Shown: positions 27,601-44,729 of the stretch, piece by piece
How the letters are laid out: every line of letters begins with the position of its first letter
Position numbering within the stretch: the first letter of the stretch is position 1
NCBI RefSeq assembly: GCF_009914755.1
Contig: NC_060925.1
Strand: one strand, 5' to 3'
Source: the human T2T-CHM13v2.0 reference genome, Homo sapiens
DNA length: 64,000 nucleotides
Notes under the pieces: model-generated
The model's input: the letters and a program-made list of their open reading frames with translations, nothing else
The model's database searches: none
What the model was told of the DNA's origin: nothing
Translations under genes and position numbers: made by a program

Positions 27601-30600
27601 ATGTTATTTCCTGTGAAAAACAGCCTTGACACCCCCTCTGTTCTTATAACCCTGAGCCTGTGTTACTCATTAGCCCTTATTATGATTATCTGTCAACAGA
27701 CTAAAATTATTAATTCTCATACTCCCAGTGCCTAACACAATGACTGGCATATAGAAGGCATTCGACTATTCAGTGCAGAAGCAAAAGGTCAAAATGAAGG
27801 GCTCTGTGGAATCTTTACCCCTTAAAAAGACCCTATAAATACACTTGAAGTTTGGGAACAACTGGGTTGAGCTATTTACCTAAAGGATTTTCAAAACTAA
27901 TTAAGATTCCTGATATATAGACTACTTCTTAACCCCCACTCACCCCTATATCAGTCAAATTGGGCCAACTCCATGCAAAGTAGATTATTTTTTAATCACC
28001 TTCCCTCCCACCTACCAAATATGAAGTTAACCAACACACACAGAGAGGCATGTGTGCATGTGCAGACATACACACACACAGTCCTCATTCCCTCTTGCAC
28101 TTTTATTGGTCTTTCATCGGTTGTTGATAAGACTGACTACATAAACCACCAGGGACCTGGAGCCCTGACTAAAAAAAAAAAAAAAATCCTACAAAGTGGC
28201 CTCAATAGCATGAACTGCTAGATTCTGTAGTGACTGCCATTGAAAATTAAAGAAGATCTCTAGAAAGAAAAGTGTTGGAGCCTTCTTTCCATTCCCCAAT
28301 GTTGGTGGATGACCACCTTCAAAGTTCTGAAGTCCAAAAAATATCTAAAAGCAGAGTAATTTAAAAAGCTTACTGTTTAGTCTAAAAGGATTTTCCTAGA
28401 TCAAAACCAACTGTACCTATTTGGATACCAAAAATGAAAAAGAAATAGTGCAGAATCTTTAGATTGCCTAATGGGATCTGGAGAAACAGCTCTTAGTCCC
28501 AGTCTACATCCTAATGAGTTATGTAATAAAGGCTAATTCGCTTAGCTGTATTACACCTCAGCCTCCTCACTTATAAAACAAAATGAGTGACAAAGGTGCT
28601 TTCCAAAGTCCCTTTGACCTCCTAAGTGTGATGACTCTATAATCTTGGCCTTTGAAGTCCCTTGGCAATACCACCCAAGGATGTAATGATGCTTGTTGAT
28701 GTTAATGTTTGGGTGTTTGTGGTTGTATATGTCTTGACCACTGTCCCACTCCAAGCAGGGGATCCTAGGGTAAGAACTGTACTGTGTCTCTTTTTTAATA
28801 TCCCTCACAGTGCCCATCACCCTCTAGGTGCACAGATAATTCAATATACACTTATGTAAATGAATTGTTCCACAACTCACACTTTCAGCTAGCCCCTCAC
28901 AGATGCATAAGAAAGCAAAGAACAACCAAAGAGAAGGAACAATATATTTAAACAAGATAAGGGGAATGAAAAAGAATCTTGTGTTTAAAAAGGATAGAAA
29001 GGTCTAACCATCTTCTATCCCAAACAACTGGCCAACATGAGAGCCTGTTTTCTTGAGCATAGAATGGTGGTAGGTATTTCAGCCTCGATGGAATCTGACC
29101 TGCTGATTAGTTATACAAGGCTAAAACTGACTGAAGTGTGTATGTAAGACAACGGTCTGGGAAGAGAAGCACTAAATTTAAGCTCACAGGGAATCAACCA
29201 CTTAAAAAGGTAAATTCAGATAGAACTTTATCCAGATTTCATTTTTATGCATCCTCTCTACAAGCATAAACGCTTATCTTACTCACTTCCCATCTCATGA
29301 TGCTATCATCAATTCTTATAAAATTTAGAAAAGAATAGGTGATGTCTCCTAATTAGAGAGTCTGCTTCTGTCACAAACTGTGACAGTCAGTGTCAGCCTT
29401 TGCCTGGAAGAAAATGAGTCACTTTTTCATTAGTAATCAAGTTATGTCTATTTTTTAAGAGTGACCCAGAAATTCAAGGCCATGAGTTTCAGCAATACGA
29501 GACAGAGAATCAGACACCACAAACATTGTATACAAATAGAATTAAGACAGAAAAATTAAAGTCAAGGAGGTACAGAGTTACTTTTCAGGATGACTGAGGT
29601 TTCAGAAAGGGCAAGTTGCCCCGTAAAATATTCTCAAGATGTGTCTGGCTTACACAACAAGAACCAGTATTTCAAAATCTTAAAGTGACAGGCAGTTAAA
29701 CGACTAAGGCACTACCATCGTCTAGGCAAGAGAATCTTAACCACCATCAAATGTTTTCCACACAGAATAGGCAGACCTAGTTTATTCTGGAAAATTGAGG
29801 GTTTGGATATGTACTATATAATCAGAGGAAACAAGCAGTAAAGGACCTGAGCTAATTTGGGGTAACCAAAGACTTGGCTAACAGATGCTTCCTTACTCTG
29901 GATCCCTCATATGAATCAGATCTGGCCAGCGATATGCTGGACAGAAGATATCTGAGGTTGAGATACCTGATTTCTCAACTAAGGGAATGAACTATGCAGT
30001 ACATGAAAACCAACCCTCTTCTTAGTGCCTCTGTTTTCCTATCACTTCCCCTATCCCAATCCATTCTTGCTCTTGCCTTAGAGATTCTTAGATTCTGATT
30101 TTCCTCACAAAACATGGCCACAAGCCTACCGCCTCTCTGTCTGGTAGAAGTACAAGAATCAAGAGTCAAGGCCAAAAAGGTCTGAGGGAAGGAGCATAAT
30201 TGCTCCCAGCTGCCCTCTCTTCCTGTCCCCAGGTCCTCTCCTTCACCCTCACTCTAGGCATTCTACCTCCAAACGTTCAAGTTAACATGTGCTAAAGGAA
30301 TGATTTTCTAAATCACTTACCTGTCACTGTGAAACTAGATTAATCCACATACTGGTTTAGTAAAACCTCACACAAACCAGCATATACACAGAAGACAGCA
30401 ATCAAGATGAAGAAAACGTTTGAAACCGTGTCATTAAGAAAACGTGATGAAGAAATTGGTAATGATTATTCCAGGAAATAACAGTCCCTTCTAGTCTCCT
30501 CAGCTCCCTTCCTCTCACCCTTCTCCTACCTATCCATCTTCTAAGGCACCACTAATATTCAAAGATTTAGGATCTAAGCAGTGCACCAAAAGTCCTCTGA

Positions 30601-32160
30601 TTTTACTCTTTTGTCCCACAGTACTTGTTCCTTTGTCTGAGTGTCCATAGTTATTATCTGTGCCCCTACACTGGGATATTACAAACTGTTTTATTTTACA
30701 CATCTCTGTATGCTTCATCTCCCCAGCAAGACTTCAGAAGACTGCCACCATGTCTTATGCAGGAGAAACTGCATTCACTGTCAGACAGTCTCTGGGTACG
30801 TATACTTGTGAATAAAGAAGTCAGGTAACACAGGCCTCTTGGGCTTTTCTGTCTATTCACAATACCCAGTACAGTGATCAGTTATAGTAGCCTGCTCAAT
30901 AAATACTAGTGTGATAAAAATTAAACTTTTGTTTGAAAAGTGAGGATTCTATAGCGCTTCAGAGTCCATCTAACTTTCAGTGTTCAGCACACAGGATTAT
31001 AGACAGTGACTGCAGGAAAATGACCTGAATCTATACAGATTTAATACCCTAAATGCTACCATTCTACATAAATCCTAATCAGATTATTTTCTTATTAACA
31101 CCTACCTTTCTCCTCATATTTACGTGAAGGCAAAAAACTGGATAGAATGCTATAGTTGAATGTGTTCACTGAATAATATCACCCATCACTTAAATAATGT
31201 CTTTCTTAGTCTTTATTTTCACTTTTCTTTCATAAAACTCTTTTCATAAAGATCAAGTAGAAGACTGTTTAGGAGAAGAGCATTTTGAGCAGAAATTAAC
31301 TGCATTACTTTTTCATAGGAGAAGGCTGATGGAGTCTAAGAATTGGCAATACATTTTTGGACTCAGAGGACTAAGTGCTAGTGAAGGTCACTGACAGTGA
31401 ATAAATAGGATCTAGAAAATGTGCGGAAATCCAATAGAAATTTTAATTTACCTTACGTTGGGTTGTAAGGTAAAACCCAACTAAAAGAAATATGAAAACA
31501 AAATGCATAACACAGTCGCATGTGCACACGTGTGCATACACACATATGACAGGAGGACGGAGAGACACTAAACTTCATTCCTAACTACTGTATGTTGAGA
31601 GGAGGCCTAATGAAAACCTCTATCACACCCACATATTTATGCTAGCTTAATAAATTTTAAAGTGCTTGGAAATTTTTAGATGATTACTTTTTCTCATATT
31701 CTGATATCCCCCATTCCTTTGCTATCATTCATAAGGGCAGATGTAGACAAAATTAAAGAATTTAATTAAGCCTCTCCATATCCTGAAAGAGAAATATTTC
31801 TCATTTTGCTTAGTCACAAAAAAAGGGAGAAAAAAAGAATTCCTGTGTGAAATTAATGGTGCTAACGAGACATGCCTGAATAAGAAACTTCACATAAGAT
31901 TACGATTGACCTGGAGACTGTGTTGAAAGAAACCTAGCTAAATTCACATCTATTAATGCCAGACTGCAGGCCAAAATTTGTTGATTTAATTTCTTGGCAG
32001 TTACCCAAGACAGGTAAAAGGATATAGGCAGAGCCTAAGAACCAGATTCTCCTACTTCTTCACTGAACACTGAAATATATAAAGGTCCCAACTGAAAGAA
32101 TAAAAATTAGTTGAAAATAGTATGGAAATTATGTTGCTATGTGTTAAGAAGCTACTAACT

Positions 32161-32397
32161 GGCCAGGCACAGTGGTTCAGGCCTGTAATTCCAGCCCTTT
32201 GGGAGGCAGAAGTGGGAGGATCACTTGAGCCCAGGAATTCGAGACCAGCCTGAGCAACATGTGAGACCGTGTCTCTATAAAAAGTTTTAAAAATGGGAGA
32301 CTGAGGCAGGAGGATGGATGGCTTGAGCCTAGGAGGTGGAGGCTGCAGTGATCCATGATTGCTCTACTGCACTCAAGCCTGGGCCACAGATGGAGAT
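32161..32397 (+). mobile_element. AluJ-like element, internally deleted and tailless
   Basis: GGAGGATCACTTGAGCCCAGG diagnostics; the start of the right arm is missing and there is no poly(A). Confidence 0.85.
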
Positions 32398-33413
32398 GCT
32401 AGTAACCAAGACTTCCTTTACAAAAGACCCCTTAGGGAAACATCATATTTGATAAAGGATTTTAATAGGACATAAGTATTAATAAGAATCACTTAGGAAT
32501 GGTACTGTTAAAGGGTCCAGATCTCAAGTCCTAATACAAGGAAAAGCCTCACAGGACATACTCCTATGCATCTGTAACTCACTATGCAAATGTAAGGTGC
32601 CATATTCAACAACTTGTGACTTTTGTGCTGGCAACAACATTTATCAAAAATCACTGAATTTAACCTGTCTCAATTTCACAACTGCATAAATCTGTCTGGA
32701 CTTGCTCCTGTTCCATTAGTAAAAAGAAAGGAGAAGTTTCAAATTAGTTCTCTCTACTGAAGCACACTTTAATAGACAATATCCTCTATCCCCACCTTCA
32801 CTGCCCTCTTCTTCTATTTCATCCACAGTTATTACATTGAGCTTTCATGTTAAAGGCCATTTCTCAGAAATGCAGTATTCACCAAACCTGGCCCATGTAC
32901 ACTCATGTAACTATATGCAGATTTAGTGTTCTAGAATGATATGAGGTACTCAGGCCTACCTAATGCTACTGTCTTTAAATTTAGAAATTACATAAAGCAG
33001 TGTTTTAATCATATTCCTGATCTGAAAAGTCCCCTTTTTGTATACTTTCAAATGTTCCACACTTCCTTTTCAGAAGGTTCCATTTGAACTACCAACTTAA
33101 AACAGGTAATTCTGTCCCATTTTATTGACAGGCAAACTGAGACTCAACGTGACAGTACATTTTCCACGAGTATATCTCAGGTTAGCTACAGAGTGATGGG
33201 ATCTTGAGTGAATTATTTAACTTCTCTTAGCTTCCATATAGTCTCTCTCTCACATGAGGACTAAAGTAAATACATGTAAACTACTTGAGAACAGACCCTA
33301 ATACGCAATAATGTTAGCTAGCATTATAGACTTTAACTTGCCAAAGATCCAATTGTTAATAGGAATCAGGACTCAAACTTAAGTCTATCTGGCATAAAAA
33401 AACCTATGTCCTC

Positions 33414-33732
<319 letters not shown>

Positions 33733-35079
33733 TCACCAGTCAAGGATCTTCCAGGACCCTTACTCCACTCACCAGTGCAGGCTGAACCATACTAGGTCAT
33801 AAGGCAAAAGAAAAAATCAGTACTACTGATCTCCTTATTTAAAATTTTGATAATTTTCAACTTATTTTGCATTAATTTTGATTTTTTGAACAACTACATA
33901 CAAACATTATTTTGATTAGTGAGTTTTTTGGCACTCTCTTAAATTTCACAAGAGAGGCCTGTGCCTTACTTGCCTCACCATGGTCCCAGCCCTGCCATTC
34001 ACTGGTGGCCCCTGTACAGAAGGCCACATTATAGTCAGTTTTTTTCATACTTGGCTTTACTCTGAACCTCTCTAAGAAGCCCAAGTTAATGAACTGGTAA
34101 TTATTTTATGACTTCCCAAAGAAGTGTGAAATAATATGATAACAATATTGATTAACTGCAACTACTACCACAGACTTGAGTTATCTATTATATGTGGTAC
34201 GCATAAATAGCATGCAATAAATAACTCTTGAATTAATAAAACCTGAACATATTACATTTTAAGAAAAGATTACTCTATGAGAGGTATTTAATGAGCCAAA
34301 AAAACAGCATTCTTTGTTTTATGTTAAAAAGATAAATGAACTATGGAAAACTGGCCAAGCTTCTGCTATCATTTTCCAGAAAAACTATACACACAATGTT
34401 CAGCTAAATAGGCACCGTACTTGAAGGAACTAGGCTGGCAGAACCAGTTTCAGCTGAGAAGAAAGAGAAAGTAATTTAACAGTTGATATTTTTCCCTGTC
34501 TATTTCTTTGATCTGACAATGCCCCTGTGCCTCCCTGAATGCACTCACAAGAAGGTGAAGGAAAGGGGGAAATGCTGAGTCAGCCATGACTTCTGAAAAC
34601 GCCTTTTTGGGGGAGAAGCACCACAACAGAAACATTGCGAATGCATCCTCCATAAAAAGCTAAGTTCTAAGGGATTATGAGTGTCTCTACTCTCTACTTA
34701 CTATACAGACATTTACCAAGAAGACAAAGAAGGCAATGGCTCTAGTTTTTCTTGGATGGATTCAGGAAATCTGGACCACCAACATGACTGCCTAATCCTG
34801 GCAAGGAGAATTGTTAGCTGTTAATGTTTAATGTTTATTACAGCTAGCAGACAAGTTTTAGACAAAATGTGACACAAAGTTATATTTTATAACACTTTAT
34901 ATTTATAATAATTTACCTTAAAGTGTAGTTTTTAGATCAGCACTTTAGCAAAAAGTGGACATTCTCAAATGCAAGCACCCATCTACAGGAACGTATACAA
35001 CTCACGGTGACTTTCTGCTGTTTTACAAACACTATGTTAGATATTTACCAAGTGGTATGTATGAAATTCTGAAAGGCCC

Positions 35080-36020
35080 CTTTATATTTCCAATTTTCAT
35101 CATTAAAAATAATTGCAGAGTAACATATCAGACTAGCCCTCTTGCTCTGGACAAAATATCAAAGGCACTGGAGAATCACTGAAAGCAGGCATAAACTAGA
35201 AGGGATATAAGCCTCAGAAAAAGCGAAGCAAACTATATGAAACCCACATTTACAGTTTTGTTTTTGTTTTTTTTTTATCGTGAAGGTACACCCCAGTTCA
35301 TGCAGCAGAAGAGGAAGAGTGTGCAAGCAGAAAACGGAAGTCCTGCGATACTGAGGAGTCAGAGGTATCTGGAGCTGTCACAGCAGCTAGAATATGAGGA
35401 GAAAAATTCCTGGAAAAGACAGAACCACAGAGTGGGTAGCTTCAAAGTATGCATACAACTCTGCTCAAATCCTTAAATAATTCCTGACTATGCATGAGCA
35501 AGATAAGATTCAGAAACCCAAGAGAAAGTAAGAGCTGGACGGCTGAAAAGACTGAGCAGAAGGCTCCTGGGGCTGGGAGGACAAGTTCTGCCTTAGAGGG
35601 GCTTAATGAACACCTCAGGGCTTGGTAGGCCCCTCACACTTTCCACTGAACCCCTAGAAGGGTCACATCTTGGGAATAAGAGCCCTATCCCATGACTAAG
35701 ATTTGTGTCATCGGACTAAGGGCAGAACAGAAGTAGGCCCACCCTAACGTGTCCTAAAACCTAGCATCCATAGGATCAAGATGATCTGCCAATCTTGACA
35801 AAATTCAACATTCTTTAGTGGGAGATAAACTTTAAAATCTATCACCCACAATGTCCAGTAAGTAATGTAAAACTACCATACATGTGTAAAGTAAAGGGAA
35901 GTCATACCCATGGTCCAAAGAAGGAGCAGGTGATAGAAACAGAAACACATCCATAGACAACCCAGATGTTAAGAACCAGCAGACAAAGATTTTAAATAAC
36001 TACAATAAATGTCCTTAAAA
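35080..36020 (+). mobile_element. Probable ancient L1M 5' region / ORF1 start
   Basis: CCCAGATGTTAAGAACCAGCAGACAAAGATTTTAAATAACTACAATAAATGT resembles the L1M ORF1 start; boundaries uncertain. Confidence 0.45.
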
Positions 36021-36990
36021 TACATATTTTGTCAATTATACAAATCATAACCTAACCTACCCCCAGAATCCTAGTGAACTTGAGTTGTCCATGATCTTTA
36101 ATCAAATTGGGATTTAGAATGGTTTATATTTGAAAATCTGAAGCAAACAACTTGAAAGTGATTAATGACATCAAATTTAATTACATATTTACACCTCCCA
36201 GTAGGACAAGGGAAAGAATAAAATATCTTATCTCCCTGTAGTGAGAGGGCTTTATTAAGATTTGACAGTAGTTATTTAACAGCAATAATTGAGTTTTATG
36301 CAAGATTATACAAGTTCTCCTAATCTGGCATCAAAATCTAATCACAGACTGATAGGGTACTTAGGCTCCTAACACTGAGAAAAAACAGTTGAGCTGAGTA
36401 CAAAACTAATCTTCAAAAGTAGTTATCTTCATCTGTCAATGTGATCTTATCAAGGATTTTTATAATTTCTATAAACAATCATTATATTTTAGCTGAATCA
36501 GTAGCATTATGCTGTCTAAACAGATAGTCAGATTCCTTCTATTTTAAAACACTTTCTACCAGTTCCCATCCCACCACTCACCACTCACCCCCACGCTGGC
36601 CCTGTAAAAGGAATTTGGCTTCAACTTTCTTTTCTTAATCCACTAAGCAATCGCATGAATAAAAAGATAATCACATGCCCTGCATGCCTGATAGAATTTT
36701 TATAAATCTTCTGTTTTAATATTTATTTTCTATTTTGTGAAAATAATATTTACTGAACAAGCTAGATCATCTTCTTTCTCCACAGAAAAAAAGGTAAGGT
36801 TGGTGAAAATACACTGAAAGCTCTGCTAGGTACACATTATTTTTGCATAAAATTTTGCTTAAAATTCTGTGGAGGCTGGCAAAGCACTGTAGAATGATTG
36901 ACGTGGCTGCCTTGATATTGTTCTTGCTTTTTCTTTGTCCACTTATGTTGACCCTGCCACTCCTAAATATGCTAATATTACTTTTGCTGA

Positions 36991-37423
<433 letters not shown>

Positions 37424-37710
37424 CAACCTTGGTTGGAGAGTATGAGACTAGCAGCCCAACAGTCCAACAAAGAACTATTGGACTTCTTCCCAACAGTGAC
37501 CCTTAGGTGTCCTCTCCTGGTAAGTGCTCAGAGATTAGTCTCCCCTAGAAACCTTCTCTCCCCATGTCAGACCAAAAATATATAGGCGAACACTTAGAAC
37601 ATATTTGAAATTCTCCATATATAAGTCACCAAGTTGAATGATCTTCAAATAGAACCAATTTGCCTCTCTGTATGGTATTACCACCCTGAATGCTATGTGA
37701 AATAAATAAA

Positions 37711-38305
37711 TTTTTTTTTAATTTTGCTTTTAAGTTTTGGGATACATGTGCAGAATGTGCAGGTTTGTTTCATAGGCATACATGTGCCATGGTGGTTTGC
37801 TGCACCTATCAACCCGTCATCCAGGTTTTAAGCCCCACGTGCATTAGGTATTCATCCTAATGCTCTCCCTCCCCTTTCCCCCCACCCCCTGACAGGCTCC
37901 AGTGTGTGATGTTCCCCTCCCTGTGTCCATGTGTTCTCATTGTTCAACTCCCACTTATGAGTGAGAACATGCCGTGTTTGGTTTTCTGTTCCTGTGTTAG
38001 TTTGCTGAGAATGATGGCTTCCAGCTTCATCCATGTCCCTGCAAAGGACATTAACTCATTCTTTTTTATGGCTGCATACTATTCCATCGTGTATACATGC
38101 CACATTTTCTTTATCCAGTCTATCACCGTTGGGCATTTGGGTTGGTTCCAAGTCTTTCCTACTGTAAATAGTGCTGAAGTAAACACACATGTGCATGTGT
38201 CCTTATAGTAGAATGATTTATAATCCTTTGGGTATATACTCAGTAATAGGATTGCTGGGCCAAATGGTATTTCTGGTTCTAGATCCTTGAGGAATCGCCA
38301 CACTG
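37711..38305 (-). mobile_element. 5'-truncated older L1PA, 3' end
   Basis: GATACATGTGCAGAATGTGCAGGTTTG...GAGGAATCGCCACACTG; ORF2 C-terminal peptide WRFLKDLEPEIPF. Confidence 0.93.
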
Positions 38306-39527
38306 AAATTTTTAAAGGAGAGAACCAGTGTCTTCTTATTTAACATAAATAGATAAGAAACATGTGCATGACGGTATCTACTTAGCACCTTTTAGTTTAA
38401 GAAACACATTGCTGAACAATAACTACACCAGGCACTGTACTAGGCATTAACTATGCAAAAAATGCATAAGACTAAGACCTCACATTCTAGCAAAAGAAAC
38501 ACATCAACAAATGACCATAATGCAATGGGGTTAACTACCACAAGAGTTGCATAACAGAATAAAGCAAGCATCTAACGCACCAAATGCCACAAAAAGACTA
38601 AACAAGATTTCAGTGGCCTACTCTAAGGTATTAAGTTCCCTCCCTTATTATCTCCAGTTGTATCTCCATTCTTAGAGGAGAATGCACCACATTTTTTTTT
38701 CCCCCAGCTAGAAAAACTAAATGAGCAGCCCATAATAAGCTACATAAAACCTTTATTTCCAATGTTATCTTTATTCCAATCCAAACAACCTATTGTTAAG
38801 CTTTACTGTCATCACAGCTTAATTTTCACTTTAGTGAAGAAAATTATTTCTGACTTGAAAAAAAAATCTTGTTTATAACATTAAAAAACTAAATCCTGGT
38901 GTCAGAACAGATCTCACTGGAAAAAAGTTGTAATTACATTCCTGGTAAGAAATAAAAATGTGTTGGATAAACTCACTTAAAATGCTTACTAAGCAAGTAC
39001 CTCCACCAAAGCAAAGAAGAACTACTCCTCACAAAAATGAAGGAAAAGAAGAGAAATTTCATATTACCAAATTTTATTTCTCCAGCATCTTCCCTGAAAT
39101 AAACAGAATGGATACATATTCCTCTTAAAAATTTTCAATTGAGGCAGAAGAAAAAAAATTATTTGCAGGAAACATAGAAAAGCTATTATGAAATTATCTC
39201 ACAGCCTTCCTCAAACAAACAAAACGTCTTGGCTAGAGTAGATGGTTGGAGAAAAAGGAAAAAAAAATGCTCTTAAGCCAAGAACTAGCCTACATTTTCC
39301 TTCATCCTTACTCTTTTATCCCCATATAATAATACACACCCAAAGCCCCTGCTCCCCCTCAATCTACACATATGCACACATCTTCCTCTCTCACTGTCTC
39401 ACTTTCAGAATTAGATTTTTTACACTAGAAAAAAATATGAATATAATATTCACATATACTGGGCCGAATATTAAAGTTGATATCTATTTGGTTTTACTTA
39501 AAAACAAGATAATAGGTAACATGTTAA

Positions 39528-39890
<363 letters not shown>

Positions 39891-40147
39891 TACCCCATAT
39901 ACATTAACTAGCCACTCACTGAAAAGTCTTTTTCATAGTGAGAAAGATAACAGTAAGATAGTAAGAAGTTCTTATTAGCCAATTATCTGGCATCCACATC
40001 CTTCCATCCTCACCCCCAACCAAAATCTGTACCAGGAAAGCTCAAGAACCAGTAACATTCCACAGAAGCATTAAAAATAGAGGAGTAGAATCAAATCTTG
40101 TCCAGTGTTCTATCGCAAAAAGAAAATATATGAAGAGAAAAACTTAC

Positions 40148-40229
40148 TTGCAGTATCCTGTGCCATTGTGGTAGGTAACACACATTCCTTCATTTACACA
40201 GGGTTCATAGCCATCTCGACACTGCAATG
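40148..40229 (-). CDS. NOTCH2NL: NOTCH2NL exon 2 (82 nt), most of EGF1; contains Met40 (ATG 40185-40183), the start of the short isoform
   Basis: Minus strand reads tttttag|CATTGCAGTGTCGAGATGGC...GGATACTGCAA|gtaagt and encodes (A)[26 protein letters not shown](K), matching the NOTCH2 N-terminus. Confidence 0.96.
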
Positions 40230-42852
40230 CTAAAAATAAAAACAAATGCACATTAGAAGTAAGTCACTAATCATAACCCTCAGACACCAAAGAAGTGTAA
40301 TCCAATCCAGATCAGCATTCATTCCCACCTAATCTGGGTTTCTTTTTAGAGTTTTAATCAGTTTTTTATGTTTTGGCTTCTAGCACAGAAGCCCATCCCA
40401 AAACTATCTTCCAACAATAACCACGTTTGTGGTCTTGAATCATGCTCTTATTTCTCTGTGTTTCAGTATCTCCAGCTGTTACATCTCCATCTCCCAATTA
40501 AAAATTAAAGCCATACCATCTATGACATGACACATCATCTTGGGATTTAGATACTTCAGATGAGTATTATAAGGATTCATCAATGAGTGTTTAGGAAAAT
40601 GCTAGATAAATAATAGATCACCATTATACTGATGAATTACTTAGCCTTCAGGTGAAGTTTTAAAACAGACCGCTTCAAGAAGTAATCAGAAACAGCAATA
40701 ACAGTAATTCGACAAACTAAAATTGAGAGCCTAGTATGCACCAGGCACAAAATTAGGATCCAGAAAAAAGGAGAAATGGAATACATAAATAAACGAATAA
40801 ACATAATCTCTAGCTTTAAGGGGCCCATAAAAAGATGGGGAGTAGATCATGAATAGAGACTGCAGAGAGAGTATCAAAAGAAATAAAAGGAGAAGGCAAT
40901 TTTATACATACAGATAAAACAAAAATTCTCAAACTGTTGATTCCCCCATTCCCTTTAAGAGACAATAAAAAGGCACTTTACCATCTCAGGCCCTCCCAAA
41001 AACAGACTTTTCAGAGAAAAGAACAAAAACAACAGCAATAGTAGACATTTTCATTGATTTCAGCCAAGAATGGAAGAAGTCTACTCGAAATCTGCTAATC
41101 ACTTGCTGGATAATTACAATATCTTGATTGTTTAGCTTTTAGAGTTGAAATTTTCATCACCAAAATACATATCAAGAACCCTAACAACTGGAAAGGTAAG
41201 ACAGAAAGAAACCTAGTCAAACAATAAATATCAAATTGAAGCTCATGAACTCTTTCTTGGAAGTTATTAAGATGTCCATCTCTTATGATAGTTAATGTAT
41301 AAATACCTGAAAGCAAAACTGAGAAGTTCCCCCCTCCAAGTTTCCTCTAACCACACCACTCTATGCATAAATTGTGCAAGATCAGAGACGCTAGGCCTGG
41401 CCATCCCTGGCCACGAAACCAGTAGCCCAGGTGCAAGCTGGATGTCAGAACAACTCCTCCAACAACAATTACTGCATAAAAGCCCAGTATTGTATCCAGT
41501 AGTAGAATCATTTGAGAACATGTTTACAGAAAATGCATCCCATCCTTGAAATAGTATTTTTAAATGGTAATAGTAATAATAATAGGCTAACACATAGAAC
41601 TTACTAAATACCAGGCACTATCCTAAGTACTTTACATAAATTAGCTAACTAATTCAATCTTCACAACAACCCTTAGAAGTAAATTTCATTATACCCATTC
41701 TCAGGTGAGAAAACAGGGAGGATAAGTGGCCTGCCTACTGCCATGCCAGTGAGTTAGAAAGCTAGAATTTGAATCCAGAGACTCTGCCCTTAACCACCAA
41801 GATACACTGCTTCCCACTACCTGAAATTTCTCAGGATTGGCAGGGTGGATATTATTATACCCATTTACCAATAGTAGAGGCCAGAGAGAATAAGTGGCCT
41901 CTTTACGGGGCATCGCGCCACTAGCTGGTGGCAGTGCTGGGCCTAGGACCCAGGTCTCAGTAAAAGTCCAACCCATCTCTATGACAGCTGTTGGGATCAC
42001 GCAAAGAGTCACCAGGCTGCAGGCCCAAACAGGCAAATTCAGGAAGAGGGTCATCTTGTTGTCCATATCCCACTTCCCTGTAAGGCTCAAATGCTCCCTC
42101 TTCCCACACTGATAAGCCCAATGCAACAACTATAATTAAAACAGTTAATGTCAGGTTATTTCCTCCATACCAAAGTTCTCAAACTGATTTTTTCATTCTC
42201 TTTAGACACTTTTATTAGTTTCAGTGAGAACTTCCGGGGTTTTTTCTATTTACTTTTTTTCTTTAAATAAAATAATAAATAAATAAAACCCTCACAGTAG
42301 GAAAGGAATGTCCTGTAGGCACAGAAAAAGCTGTAGCTCTGTCCCCCTGCAGGAATCCTGGTGCAGTGGAGGGACTCAGGAGACCTGAAATCCTGTCTGT
42401 ACCCCTAACTGCAAGCAAAGCACAACTTCATGGGGGCTCAATTTCCCTACCTGTACCAAGCTGAGAGCGAACTAAATGTCCCTAAAGGTTCCCTGTGATC
42501 CACCAGCGACAGCTCCCTCCTTATAAGTACATGAATGGCATGCCCAGTGCCTGAAGAAACCTGGAGTACATAATGACCCAGCCACCCATGACTCAGAATG
42601 CCATGGGTGCAAAAATCACGGCCTGTTCCTATTAAGTGTCCTGACAAATCATTACAGTGACAGGTTCAGAGAAATACAAACAACCCAAAGTCAATATGTA
42701 GCAATCAATCTAGCAAATAACTTTACAGCCTAGCCCTAGTGAACCAATCAAACTCAGTGACTGAAAAGAAGGTGGGCTTACCAGGCTAATAATTAATGCC
42801 ACTTGGCTGATGTGTGGGATCATGCTACCTTGAACCTTTAGCATTTACTGAG

Positions 42853-43025
42853 CCACGGTTCTCAAACTTTAGTAAGCATTGGAATCACTTGGAGGGCTTT
42901 TTAAAAAAGAGTGTTAGACTCGACCCCCACAATTTCTGACTAAGTCTGCAGGGAGCCTGGGAATCTGCATTCCTAACAAATTCCCAGGTGATGTTGATAC
43001 CACAGGTCTGAGGAACCACACACTG
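42853..43025. mobile_element. MER5A-type hAT element
   Basis: GGTTCTCAAACTTTAG...GAATCACTTGGAGGGCTT...AATCTGCATTCCTAACAAATTCCCAGGTGATGTTGAT. Confidence 0.8.
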
Positions 43026-43129
43026 ACTATGACTATATGAACGCTTGAGTGTCCACTTTTAAAAATACTCAAAAGCTATATAATATAGAGGTCTTAGATG
43101 ATTTAGATGATAACATATCGTCTGAATAA

Positions 43130-44170
<1,041 letters not shown>

Positions 44171-44729
44171 TCTTGAGACTCGTGGCTTTACTCAGGAGCA
44201 AAAATGAATACTATAATTATCTTCCATACAAAGAGAAATTAAAACTTTGATAACCTGAAGCCATGAAAGTGAGACCGGGACAGACCTCATTTCAAAATTC
44301 AATTTACTTTTTTCCAATGTAAAACACTTAAATTTAACAATAAAATTGAAGGCAGCTTCATGCTTATAAAGTAAAAAAAGAAACATTAATCATACCATAG
44401 AGAATTGATGTTTAAACTGATGCTTTAATAGACTCCAAGAAACTAGTCACTCACAAAGAGTCACATTTAACCCCAATTTTCATGTCAATAAATACTTGCT
44501 GGCTGAAATAAATCTTATTTACTGTGTGTGTATCTGCTGTTTGTGCAGGCCCTCCTCTACTCCACCAAAAAAAAAAAAAAAAAAAAGGCAAAAAGAAGTA
44601 GTAGATTTCAATCTCATCACTCCATCATTTGGCAATATAATACAAAAATCTAGAAGCCAATTTCCAATTTTCATACACTTTCAGTGCAGTGCATTTGGGA
44701 ACTAGCTATCTAATATTCAGAACATATTT

